Assembly: GCA_964572155.1 (NCBI GenBank)
Contig: CAZNDZ010000002.1
Span: 211,089 to 275,088 of the forward strand
Reading direction: 5' to 3'
DNA from: an uncultured Planctomycetales bacterium
GTDB lineage: Bacteria > Omnitrophota > Gorgyraeia > Zapsychrales > Fredricksoniimonadaceae
DNA length: 64,000 bases
Translations under genes and position numbers: made by a program
Shown here: positions 39,214 through 48,319 of the stretch, piece by piece
Numbering within the stretch: position 1 is the stretch's first letter
How the letters are laid out: every line of letters starts with the position of its first letter
Notes under the pieces: generated by a model
What the model saw: the letters and a program-made list of their open reading frames with translations, nothing else
Databases searched by the model: none
What the model was told of the DNA's origin: nothing

Positions 39214-40586
39214 TGATCTCTCCTTGGCGTCATAAAGATAATCAACTCCGTCTTATTATTCTTATGCTGACTGTACTCAAAGAATTTACCTAAGAGCGGG
39301 ACTTTTGAAAGGATCGGTACGCTTTGTTTAGAGTTTTCTTTTGTTGTGGTGATCAACCCGCCAATAGCAACGGTCTGACCTTCTTTTAACTTCACCATGG
39401 TATTGATAGACTTCGTGGTGGTTTGCGGCGCTTCAATGAGCGTATTGCCTGAGGTGATCGAACGAATATTATCTATGCTGGTTACAACCGGCGTGACCGA
39501 TAAATATATATCGTCGCCAACGATATTTCCCAAAAGGCGCATGGTCACGCCTTCTTGAACTTGGGATGTTGAGATTGACGTCACGGTGCCTGTTTGAGTT
39601 GTTTCAATGGATGAATGGTCAACGAAACTTTGAGTAGACCCCACTTGAATAACAGCAACCTGATTATTTAGAATCCTTACCCTAGGTTGCGAAACAACTT
39701 CCACCTTGCCTTGTTTAGCCAAAGCATCGATGGCTAATTTGAATTTCGAACCATCCGCGTAAAACTTTAAGAAATCACCACTTGTAAAATGATTCGATGC
39801 AAAATTACTAGACAATCCTAAACTATTAAACTTCTTTAAATCATCAATCAACACATTCCAATCAACCCCAAAACGATTCTCTTGGTTTAATGTGACTTCA
39901 ACAACCTTCACATCAACTTCAATTTGAACAGAAACTTTTTTGTTTAAATCTTTAAAATAGCGTCGAATGCTCTCTAATCTAAGCGGCACATCGGTCACAA
40001 TGACCATGCCTGCGGGCTTATTAACGGATATTTTGGCTGTAGATGACGCTAATGACTTAACATTATTTATCACATCATCCCAAAAGGACAATGCTGTCAA
40101 TTGACTGCCAACCACGATCTTTGTACCAAGTTTAACATGTTGACTTTGGGTGCTGTTGGATGAGTTGTCTGAGGATTCCACAAAAGATTCATTGCTAGTC
40201 ACATCATTGAAATCCTGCGTGATGGGCGGTAAAAGCACGCGAAAGATTTTGGTTTGTTCTGCTAAAATGATCAATTGATGATCTTCGATCTTGTAGCCAT
40301 ATCCAAGTGTATACAGCAATCGACTCAACACTTTGTCAATGCTCACATCTTTCACGTCGATACTGACCTTCTTATCTTCGACATTAACCCCAAGCAAAAC
40401 ATCATAACCCATAGATTGCGCAATGGGTTTCAACACCGACGTCAATGGCAAATCCATCACATGCAGTGTTACCACTTGCTGTAATCCTTTGGACGGCGTT
40501 GTTACATCGTTACTCGCCCATGCTCCTTGGCACGCTTGTAATGTCAGACACATCATCAACGTTATTATTTTCAGAAGGTTTTTCAT
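39210..40586 (-). CDS. secretin (GspD/PilQ/PilN family), possibly a lipoprotein
   Basis: C-terminal secretin domain (VKLKEGQTVAIGGLITTTKENSKQSVPILSKVPLLGKFF...IIFMTPR). N-terminus MKNLLKIITLMMCLTLQAC-QGAWA|S has both a lipobox-like Cys and an AxA SPase I site. Confidence 0.8.
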   Translation of the reverse strand: MKNLLKIITLMMCLTLQACQGAWASNDVTTPSKGLQQVVTLHVMDLPLTSVLKPIAQSMGYDVLLGVNVEDKKVSIDVKDVSIDKVLSRLLYTLGYGYKIEDHQLIILAEQTKIFRVLLPPITQDFNDVTSNESFVESSDNSSNSTQSQHVKLGTKIVVGSQLTALSFWDDVINNVKSLASSTAKISVNKPAGMVIVTDVPLRLESIRRYFKDLNKKVSVQIEVDVKVVEVTLNQENRFGVDWNVLIDDLKKFNSLGLSSNFASNHFTSGDFLKFYADGSKFKLAIDALAKQGKVEVVSQPRVRILNNQVAVIQVGSTQSFVDHSSIETTQTGTVTSISTSQVQEGVTMRLLGNIVGDDIYLSVTPVVTSIDNIRSITSGNTLIEAPQTTTKSINTMVKLKEGQTVAIGGLITTTKENSKQSVPILSKVPLLGKFFEYSQHKNNKTELIIFMTPRRDQ

Positions 40587-40848
40587 ACGACTCCTTTTGG
40601 GTTGCTATGGGATAAGCCCCTGCTTTGGCCCATTGCCCTGGTTTAATGAGTACCAATTCTTTGTGTTCTGGGATAAATACACCATTTTCAATATGCGCTG
40701 GAACACCAACATCTTGTACAATTGGCTCATTCCAATGGTAGAACGGCACGTTGCTGATTTTGGAAGCCTCATGTTTTACCTTTTCTTGCGCAGCGCAACC
40801 CATACACAAAACACCATATAACAATAAAAACATATACCTAAAGACCAT
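40510..40848 (-). CDS. small secreted/lipoprotein-like protein upstream of the secretin (pilotin candidate)
   Basis: Signal peptide ending in Cys (MVFRYMFLLLYGVLCMGCAAQ). About 112 aa from the internal Met. Translationally coupled to the secretin. Confidence 0.35.
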   Translation of the reverse strand: MVFRYMFLLLYGVLCMGCAAQEKVKHEASKISNVPFYHWNEPIVQDVGVPAHIENGVFIPEHKELVLIKPGQWAKAGAYPIATQKESYEKPSENNNVDDVSDITSVPRSMGE

Positions 40849-43318
40849 AAGGGTGCTCCTTTGCGCATAATTGTATTGCTTCCATAAAATCACCTTCGCA
40901 TTCCTCTACTTTCTTTATTAAATATTCATTATTACGGGGCTCAGAATTTGCCACCCAATATAAAAATGGATCCGGCACAAGACGCACAACACCACAAGAG
41001 TTTTCTGTAATCACTAACCCTTCAGAAAACTTACCCTTCACGGTTTCGAGCGTCTTAAGCAACTTAATTTTCTGATCATCTAAGGATAAGCTGCTTTTAA
41101 GCAAGTCAATGACAGCAGGTTCTTGTTTAAGAAAAATCTTATTTGAGGCATTGGCAATAATGGCAATACCACTTTCAACACGGGTTAAATCTGCAATTTC
41201 TTGTGTGATGGCAATGGTTGAACAGCGGTACTTGCGAAATGTCTTAAAGGCATTGGTAATAAAATCCGCCGTATTTTTTACTTTTAACAGGGACCACGCT
41301 TCATCAATGAGCAAATATTTTCTTTTAGAGCGCATCTCCTGATGAGCTACAAAATTTGTCATAAAGAACATGAGATTAAGCAAAACAGCCACTTGTAAAT
41401 CAGGGTAAGAACTTAAGTTTGCTAACTCAAAAGCAATAAAACGGCTATTCATTTGGAATTGATTGGGCCCATCAAAGAACCCACCGTATGGTCCTTTCTT
41501 AGTAAACGGCGTTAACCGCAAAGCCAGCGTTGGCCCCATTAAAGAATTAATGCCACAACTGCTGTTAAATTCATTGTCATTTAAAATTGACGTCACATCT
41601 GATAAGAATACTTCTTGGCGTTCATCTTTCTGGCGATATGCCACCATGATGGCTTGGTGCAGGAGGCCCTCTTCTTCTCTTGTCAGACGATAACGTTCAT
41701 CTCCACCACTTGCCATTTGTGACAACAATGATAGTAAAAACGATAAATTCTCAGGGGTCGGCGGATGGGCAAAAGGATTAAATGTAACAGGATTATTCAA
41801 ATCAAAAGCAACATATTGTCCTTTCAAGATTTGACATAATTTCTTATATGAATCGCCTTTATCTAAAATAAAAAAATGACTCCCTAAACGATCGCTTTGA
41901 AGGATAAAATCATTGATAAAGAAACTTTTCCCAGCTCCTGAAGCTCCCACGACAACCCCATGGGGGTTGATGTTAGAATCAAACATATCAAAATTAACAG
42001 CTTGGCCTCGACGATTGAAGTACATTTGAGCAAGGGTTCGCGTTCCTTGATAAGCTCCAAAGACAGGCAACATATCAGCAGCATTGTTAGATAACAACCT
42101 TCTGGAGCGACGGACAAAGTTTTCGTAATATGGATCGAAATTAAGAGGCAAACACGTCAAGAATAATGATGCCCCTATTAAATCCTCCTTCATGCCTTCA
42201 CATTGAAGTCGATTAAGGCCATTGATAATCTGATCACTCTGAGCTTCTACATCTTGTGCTTGAAAACCTCGAACAATCCAATGAAAGCGGGCCTGCACGA
42301 TGCGTTGATTACCCTGATACATTTCTTTAATCACATCATCAATCTCGTTCTTCTTCGCAACAGATTCAATAGATTGATCCCCTAACCAATTTTCTTTATG
42401 CATGAACGTAAAATCTTTTTGAAACTTTAACTGATCCAAAGATTTCTGTGATGATGGAACCGTAAGGTTAACCACCATCATCAACTCAACAGCTTGATCC
42501 AATAAATTAAAACTTCCTCCTTCATAAAATTCTTTACAAAACATCCCTATATGAGTTTCTATAGGCATTTCCTTTAAACTCATCAGACACATATGTTGCT
42601 CTTCAAAGAAAAACCCTTTTGCATTCGCGGATGGACTATTAAAAAGCACTTGATCACGAATATTCTCTTCCTCATTAAACCGATGATTAGGCGTTTTTAA
42701 AGAACGTTTTGGATTTAAAATCTCGTAAAGAAAAATTGTTAAGTCTTCTGCAGATAATGGTTGAACCTTAGTATGAACCGAATTAAATAATCCTTCGATT
42801 AAGGCAATATGTTGTTTAAAAGCATTTTGATGCGCTAATAATTCGCTTTCAACCTGCACGCCATTACTTCTTTTCCAAATAGGGAAAAATCTTACTGCAA
42901 CATAAATGTCAATATGCTTTAGAACAAATTTATGGTTATTATGCTCAAACAAACCGTGTTGATGGGTTTCTATATATGAAGAACGATTCTTTAAAAAAAC
43001 AGAAGTAACATTCTCATCTTCTTTGTAATTTGCATAATTCTTAAGGGACTCATTTATATTAGACTTTGTTCTTAGGATAAGTTGGCATGCAAAGTTTTCA
43101 GATGGCAGACGAGCTAAGAAGTTTTGCCATTGGATGATCATCATATTTAAATCACCTTCTGTTTTCCCTTCAATATCCGTCACCCCCACCTTCCAAATTT
43201 TCCCAAGGCTACCGTCGGATAAAATGCACATATCGTTGGAGTATTCAATATAGGGTAGCAAGTCGACAAAACTTAAGCCCTCGTCAAATAATTGCTCTAT
43301 GTCTTTATGTCGCAGCAT
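40838..43318 (-). CDS. traC: VirB4/TraC-family type IV secretion ATPase
   Basis: 826 aa. Walker A (VVVGASGAGKSFF). Hallmark Walker B (YLLIDEAWSLL) of the CagE/TrbE/VirB4 family. Position after the traV-like gene, as in F. Confidence 0.8.
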   Translation of the reverse strand: MLRHKDIEQLFDEGLSFVDLLPYIEYSNDMCILSDGSLGKIWKVGVTDIEGKTEGDLNMMIIQWQNFLARLPSENFACQLILRTKSNINESLKNYANYKEDENVTSVFLKNRSSYIETHQHGLFEHNNHKFVLKHIDIYVAVRFFPIWKRSNGVQVESELLAHQNAFKQHIALIEGLFNSVHTKVQPLSAEDLTIFLYEILNPKRSLKTPNHRFNEEENIRDQVLFNSPSANAKGFFFEEQHMCLMSLKEMPIETHIGMFCKEFYEGGSFNLLDQAVELMMVVNLTVPSSQKSLDQLKFQKDFTFMHKENWLGDQSIESVAKKNEIDDVIKEMYQGNQRIVQARFHWIVRGFQAQDVEAQSDQIINGLNRLQCEGMKEDLIGASLFLTCLPLNFDPYYENFVRRSRRLLSNNAADMLPVFGAYQGTRTLAQMYFNRRGQAVNFDMFDSNINPHGVVVGASGAGKSFFINDFILQSDRLGSHFFILDKGDSYKKLCQILKGQYVAFDLNNPVTFNPFAHPPTPENLSFLLSLLSQMASGGDERYRLTREEEGLLHQAIMVAYRQKDERQEVFLSDVTSILNDNEFNSSCGINSLMGPTLALRLTPFTKKGPYGGFFDGPNQFQMNSRFIAFELANLSSYPDLQVAVLLNLMFFMTNFVAHQEMRSKRKYLLIDEAWSLLKVKNTADFITNAFKTFRKYRCSTIAITQEIADLTRVESGIAIIANASNKIFLKQEPAVIDLLKSSLSLDDQKIKLLKTLETVKGKFSEGLVITENSCGVVRLVPDPFLYWVANSEPRNNEYLIKKVEECEGDFMEAIQLCAKEHPYGL

Positions 43319-43892
43319 CGTATTTCCTTTTGTTTTGGGTAGTTTGCTTTATTGGGAAGCCCATTGGACTTTTAACTTTTTGATCTTCTTCTTTCATGCT
43401 TAATAACTCTCTAATCTTTTCAAAAAGAGATATGATTTGGCTGTCATGTATATTAAATCTTCCTTCTACACGTAATTCGAGTTCTTGAATCTTTTGTGCT
43501 AATTCTTTATGGGTTAGAATTAAATCTCTTAATTTGACAAAAATACGCATGATTTGTAGATTAACTTCAATGGCTTTCTCACTGTTAAGTACTGAAGATA
43601 GCATTGCTATCCCAAGCTCTGTGAATGCATATGGTGGTTTTCTAGCGCCTCCCCATCTTGATATCGCAAAATGCGATATCAAGTTTCTCATCTCATCTTG
43701 AGTTAATTGAAACATACAGTCTTCAGGAAACCTTCTTGTATTTCTTTTCACTTGCTCATTTAATCTAAAGGTTTCAACTCCATACAAAATCGCCAAATCC
43801 CTATCCAACATAACTTTTTTGCCGCGTATCAAAAAAATTCTCTCTTGTATAACTTCTATAGAGACATCACTTACTTTGATATTTTTCTTCAT
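43305..43892 (-). CDS. ORF6N (KilA-N-related) domain DNA-binding protein
   Basis: Classic ORF6N sequence (RIFLIRGKKVMLDRDLAILYGVETFRLNEQVKRNTRRFPEDCMFQLTQDE). Start taken at MKKNIKV. Occupies the F traR position between traV and traC. Confidence 0.7.
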   Translation of the reverse strand: MKKNIKVSDVSIEVIQERIFLIRGKKVMLDRDLAILYGVETFRLNEQVKRNTRRFPEDCMFQLTQDEMRNLISHFAISRWGGARKPPYAFTELGIAMLSSVLNSEKAIEVNLQIMRIFVKLRDLILTHKELAQKIQELELRVEGRFNIHDSQIISLFEKIRELLSMKEEDQKVKSPMGFPIKQTTQNKRKYDAAT

Positions 43893-44256
43893 TTTTTTCT
43901 CCTTTGCCTTCTTTTCCAGGAACAATGATAGGTAAAATTGAGTCTTGTATTTCATCCTCAATAAACCACTTTGGCCCTCGAATCATAAGATAGACCCAAT
44001 GACCAGCAACTAGGACACCGGAATCTTGATCTGACTTATGGTCTGGGATCCATACTTTTTTAACGACTGGCGGCTCAATAACGGGAACATATGGCTTTAC
44101 ATAGCCAAATACTTTTTGTTCCTTGAATTGGTCCAATTGATTTATTTCAAGATCCGGCATTAATACTTTTCTTTCTGCTGTTTCTTTGACGAGTCGGTGT
44201 GCGCAACCGCTAGTTAATAGAAGACAACTTATTAAAATTAGTGCGTAATAGGCCAT
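43867..44256 (-). CDS. small lipoprotein, TraV/VirB7-like
   Basis: Signal peptide with lipobox-like LLTSGC. 129 aa. Position between the traB-like gene and traC, as for traV in F. Confidence 0.45.
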   Translation of the reverse strand: MAYYALILISCLLLTSGCAHRLVKETAERKVLMPDLEINQLDQFKEQKVFGYVKPYVPVIEPPVVKKVWIPDHKSDQDSGVLVAGHWVYLMIRGPKWFIEDEIQDSILPIIVPGKEGKGEKNEEKYQSK

Positions 44257-45307
44257 TGATTCTCACTCCTTTTTGAACGACAAAATATACACTATTGCCG
44301 CTGGGTATATGGACAGCAGGGATGATGTATTCTGCTTGTTTTTCGTAATATTGGGATAAATCGCTGGAACTTTTGGCAAGGCCACTAAACAAGGCATGCC
44401 GGCTCACATCGCCTGTCACATTACGTTCTACCTCGCCAAAGCGACTTTGTGATGTGGTGATTTCATTGTCAGCTAAAGCTGTTGAACCACCTGACATAAA
44501 TCCCCCTAAGAATGTTACGGCTAAAGCTTTGCCAGTATTTCTAACAACTTGCCCTTTGATCCCTAATTCACCATAAGCGTCGGTGACATAGCCAATGTCT
44601 TGTTCGTGTTCAAAGACTTGGCCATTGGGTAAAACAAACGATATGGCAACAATTTGAATAAGCGCTCGCTCTGAATTTATATCCCCAACGGCTTTGCCCA
44701 AGACAAAAGCACCCTTTAATGGAACTCTTGTTTTATTTGGGCCATAAAAAGCCTCATCCAATTTGATTAAGACAGGTAATGGACTGTTTAAATCTGAAGA
44801 AGCATAAACACCAGTTAGTAATGTCCCTTTACAAAATGATCCAATCGGTAAATAAACAAATTCTTTAGCTGAATCTAATTCTTTGATCGGTGCGACAGCT
44901 AGCTCAAATGATGTAGTTATTGATGTATCCTGATTAGATGTATTTGCAGCTATTATTTCTCGAATATTATTTAACGAATCAACCACTATTTTTTGGTCTT
45001 TGTTTGACTGTTCTGTTGCTTGTTTGATGGACTGTACTTGTTCTTCCATAGCTTTGATCCTATCTTCAAAATCGTAGTAACTTTTTTGAAGACCTTTCAT
45101 GAATTCCAGCTTCTCAGTGTCCCCAACGGCTATGCCCATGGCATCTTTTGATTGTTCTTTTAAAATAGGGATATCTTTCTTTTGAGTTAGATCTGATTGA
45201 GCAAATACAAAGACACAACATATAACAGCAACGACACCCAAAACCCCATAGGAGACCAATGGATCTTTTTTAAACTGTGCTTTTAGTTTTTCGAGGTAAT
45301 CATCCAT
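44210..45307 (-). CDS. traB: TraB/VirB10-family protein
   Basis: Short cytoplasmic N-terminus, single TM (VLGVVAVICCVFVFA), coiled-coil linker, C-terminal TrbI-like beta domain (GELGIKGQV...). Position after the traK-like gene. Confidence 0.55.
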   Translation of the reverse strand: MDDYLEKLKAQFKKDPLVSYGVLGVVAVICCVFVFAQSDLTQKKDIPILKEQSKDAMGIAVGDTEKLEFMKGLQKSYYDFEDRIKAMEEQVQSIKQATEQSNKDQKIVVDSLNNIREIIAANTSNQDTSITTSFELAVAPIKELDSAKEFVYLPIGSFCKGTLLTGVYASSDLNSPLPVLIKLDEAFYGPNKTRVPLKGAFVLGKAVGDINSERALIQIVAISFVLPNGQVFEHEQDIGYVTDAYGELGIKGQVVRNTGKALAVTFLGGFMSGGSTALADNEITTSQSRFGEVERNVTGDVSRHALFSGLAKSSSDLSQYYEKQAEYIIPAVHIPSGNSVYFVVQKGVRINGLLRTNFNKLSSIN

Positions 45308-45924
45308 ATCTTTGTCTCATCTCCTTCTTGGCCACTTGGATTTAAGATGTCCGAGTTTGACGCTATCGCCAGAATACCTTTATATGAAATCTGTTGAATC
45401 GGAACCATCGTGGCGCTGTTATTCAAGTTTTTTGCACTTAGTTCGTAAATGATTGTTGTTGGAAACTCATAAGCATGAGTAAAACTTAATTCAATGGGTG
45501 AATCTTTTAATGTTATAGTTCTATGTAAAGATATCTGTGTTGATCCTGCTGGAATATTTCCTAGAAGCACATCCTTCATTAAATCCATGACATTTAGATC
45601 CCCTTTAAAAGAATTTGTTTTACCACCAATAACAACGCTTAAATCGTGTGCTTGAGATATTTGTAAACTAAGTGGATACGATGTACCTGACGCCCCTGTT
45701 ACAAAAATGTCTGCAGGTGTATTAGACTTTGGCAAGATGTATAGTGTGCGATCTACAGCTTCTACTAGAATTGAATCTGCCGCTCCGCCTTTAATGACCT
45801 TAGAAATATTTTCAGGGAATGACACTTCACTCACCTTACCAACGTTGACATGCACGGTCGTGACTTCTGCAGCATTAAGGTTGTAACTAATGACCATAAA
45901 CAGAATAATTATAAAAACTCTCAT
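45283..45924 (-). CDS. traK: TraK/VirB9-family secreted protein
   Basis: Signal peptide. Beta-rich 213-aa protein in the traE-traK-traB position. Confidence 0.5.
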   Translation of the reverse strand: MRVFIIILFMVISYNLNAAEVTTVHVNVGKVSEVSFPENISKVIKGGAADSILVEAVDRTLYILPKSNTPADIFVTGASGTSYPLSLQISQAHDLSVVIGGKTNSFKGDLNVMDLMKDVLLGNIPAGSTQISLHRTITLKDSPIELSFTHAYEFPTTIIYELSAKNLNNSATMVPIQQISYKGILAIASNSDILNPSGQEGDETKIWMITSKN

Positions 45925-46532
45925 GAAGCATGCTCCTGTTCAATGGCTTCAATAAGCAAGCCATATGGATTGCTTGATGTTGGCCCTACTATGCGTACTG
46001 TGATTAAAAAAGTTAATTGTTGCTCTTTAACTGCTTCCTTCCCCATGTACATCACCTTGACCCCTTTGACATGGACAATAAACCCTTTGCTCTTAACGTT
46101 GACAATTGGATCACTCTCGAGCGTGAACATCGACGATATATTACTGCGTTTAATTTCTTCTAAATCTTTAACTAATCTCAACTTGGTTTGCGTAAATAAC
46201 GACGGCGACATGAAACGTTGCGTTCTTTCGAACACAGCTTGGGATGTAATAGGATTGAAATTGTTCCAATTAAGCAACCACGCAGCCACAAAAGCAGACA
46301 CGGTTTCTATGCTGTTGTTTGCAGGGACCGCGACACCTGCTTGCCATACCCCTGGTATATAGTAAATTGATTTAGGTCGTGCCATTGTGTAAACCAACGA
46401 TATGCTTAAAATAACGCACACACAGCAAATTGCGATGCAAACAGCCCACAGCCGCGTGTTAATAAATTCGGCTCGAGATAAACGCTCTACAAATTGTGTG
46501 CTTTTACTTCTGACGGCGTCCATAAGCTCCAT
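45921..46532 (-). CDS. traE: TraE/VirB8-family bitopic protein
   Basis: N-terminal TM then periplasmic domain. Blocks match F TraE as recalled from memory (ERTQRFMSPSLFTQTKLRLVKDLEEIKRSNISSMFTLES vs HQALLQYIRPGAQNQMKVILAEEAKRIKNDNVNSAFFQTS). Confidence 0.6.
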   Translation of the reverse strand: MELMDAVRSKSTQFVERLSRAEFINTRLWAVCIAICCVCVILSISLVYTMARPKSIYYIPGVWQAGVAVPANNSIETVSAFVAAWLLNWNNFNPITSQAVFERTQRFMSPSLFTQTKLRLVKDLEEIKRSNISSMFTLESDPIVNVKSKGFIVHVKGVKVMYMGKEAVKEQQLTFLITVRIVGPTSSNPYGLLIEAIEQEHAS

Positions 46533-46794
46533 ACTGTTGCGTGTTCTTAGGATTTGGTGCTAAACCTGGGAAATCTATGCCGCGCACATACAACCAATGC
46601 AACAAATAACCAAAAGGTTTGCCTTGTTTAAACTTCACTAATATGACCCACCCGATAATTCCTAATATTCCTGGAACGTAAGGTTCAAGAAATAAACTAC
46701 CCAAACCTATGCCTAATGCCAAGACGGCGATATCTTCCACTTCGAGACCGAAAAGAATTTGTGGCTTATCGATACTGCGATAACATTTGCGCAT
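46504..46794 (-). CDS. traL: TraL/VirB3-family small membrane protein
   Basis: Start taken at MRKCYRS. Matches the F TraL pattern as recalled from memory (FGL..ED...L..G.....VKFKQGKPFGYLLHWLY ~ [21 protein letters not shown]). Directly downstream of the pilin gene. Confidence 0.65.
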   Translation of the reverse strand: MRKCYRSIDKPQILFGLEVEDIAVLALGIGLGSLFLEPYVPGILGIIGWVILVKFKQGKPFGYLLHWLYVRGIDFPGLAPNPKNTQQYGAYGRRQK

Positions 46795-46796
46795 GA

Positions 46797-47078
46797 TTAA
46801 CCTGTCGCAACCTTTGTTAATAACATGGGTAAGAATAAAAGCATGATGAACGCTACAGCACAAGACAACGCGAGCTTATGCCTTCCTCTTAATAATGACG
46901 CTACACCCGTCAATAAGATCACAGCCCCTAATATTTTGGCTATGGGCCCTTTTAAGATATTGATCGATTGTGTTGAGAAATCGTTGGCTACACCAAGAGG
47001 ATCATCTGCCATAACCTTCGACATGAAACAAAAAATAAATATTTGAAACAACAACACCTTACGTAACAACGACGTCAT
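46797..47078 (-). CDS. traA: T4SS pilin (TraA/VirB2/TrbC-like propilin)
   Basis: 93 aa with a signal peptide (…FMSKVMA|DDP), then two hydrophobic helices separated by a short basic loop (LLRGRHK). First small gene of the tra-like run. Confidence 0.6.
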   Translation of the reverse strand: MTSLLRKVLLFQIFIFCFMSKVMADDPLGVANDFSTQSINILKGPIAKILGAVILLTGVASLLRGRHKLALSCAVAFIMLLFLPMLLTKVATG

Positions 47079-48196
47079 ACCCTGCCTCCTTTAATAAAAA
47101 CAACTCTTGATAAAATAATTAAGACAAAGAATACCCCTACGAACACAACACAAAAATATGGATACTCAAATGTGTTGGCTTGAGTTCTTCCAACATAAAT
47201 AGATACATAGGAGCTAATGGTTGCTAATAGTGCCCATGATTTAACCCATACAAAATTTATGATGTAATGAAATAGATATGCTGTGTTGCTGCTGATGATG
47301 AAAGCTAAGATGACAAATGGAAATATTACAGCTAAAGACATTTGTGCAAGGCCATGCAAGACAGGTAGAAAATTTAATGCATGTAATACATATGGGTAAA
47401 CATCTAACTTGGAACCATCACCTATGCTTTGCTCTGCGTATGATCTAATAATGAGTTGCTTAAGATCATCGTTTGAGATATTTAATAATGTCGATAATTT
47501 TTGACGTGAGGCCTGCTTTAGATTTGGATCATTCTCGAAATACTGATCAATATCCCGCTCGATCTTCTGCCACTGTTTCTTTTCTTCTTTGGAATAATAA
47601 TCTTGTATGGTCTTACGTGTAGGCGCATCATGTTGCAAACGCGTCCATGCTGGCATGTAATGCTGCAGAATAAAACTCTTGAATGTTGCTCTTAAAGCTT
47701 TGTCTTGAAAGCCAACGTTTGTACCTTCTCTAATATATAGACAAACTTTCTGTATTTGATACGGGCTATCAAGAAACCTCAAATGCTCCGGAAGAATTTT
47801 GTCCATGATAGCAATCATTGCGAACACATACGAATCAATGCCCTGATTAACATAGGTAAATATCACAGGCACTTTATCAAACCGAATCAAAGCTTCTTTA
47901 ATGTCTTTACTCTCAACACTGGATTGACCGTATGATTCTTGGGCGCTTTTATAATCGTTTAAGGATTGTGACGGGAGAAGTAAGACAACGAGGGTAAAAA
48001 TAGAAACAACATAAACCCATATTCGGCCATACTGGCCTTTTCTGGCTAGGTTCCAAAAAATTAAGAAGTACGCCACCACCCCAAGTAGGATACCAATAGA
48101 CGATTGTTTGAAAATGTAGTCCATCAGCATTTGGGAGAAGTTTAACCCAAGAACAGACAAAGCCGTGTCGAGTGGCGTTAAACCAAAAACATGCAT
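47075..48196 (-). CDS. polytopic membrane protein, possible VirB6/TraG_N-like component
   Basis: 373 aa with 2 N-terminal and about 3 C-terminal TM helices around a roughly 200-aa hydrophilic loop. First gene of the cluster, overlapping the pilin gene by 4 bp. Confidence 0.3.
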   Translation of the reverse strand: MHVFGLTPLDTALSVLGLNFSQMLMDYIFKQSSIGILLGVVAYFLIFWNLARKGQYGRIWVYVVSIFTLVVLLLPSQSLNDYKSAQESYGQSSVESKDIKEALIRFDKVPVIFTYVNQGIDSYVFAMIAIMDKILPEHLRFLDSPYQIQKVCLYIREGTNVGFQDKALRATFKSFILQHYMPAWTRLQHDAPTRKTIQDYYSKEEKKQWQKIERDIDQYFENDPNLKQASRQKLSTLLNISNDDLKQLIIRSYAEQSIGDGSKLDVYPYVLHALNFLPVLHGLAQMSLAVIFPFVILAFIISSNTAYLFHYIINFVWVKSWALLATISSYVSIYVGRTQANTFEYPYFCVVFVGVFFVLIILSRVVFIKGGRV

Positions 48197-48319
48197 TTCA
48201 TTTGTAACTGCAATCGGGGGAAAGTTAAGGTGCGAATGAAGCTTATCGTTTAGGGGGATAAACGATTGATGAAACTACAATAATTATATTGATTATTTTG
48301 ATTGTGTCAAGAAATATTT

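Noticed and set aside
39210-40586. Secretin as a filamentous-phage pIV remnant (prophage)
   Set aside because: No phage replication, coat or zot-like genes nearby. Instead it is flanked by pilus assembly ATPase, platform and pilins in one operon. Left as an open alternative to be tested by phylogeny.
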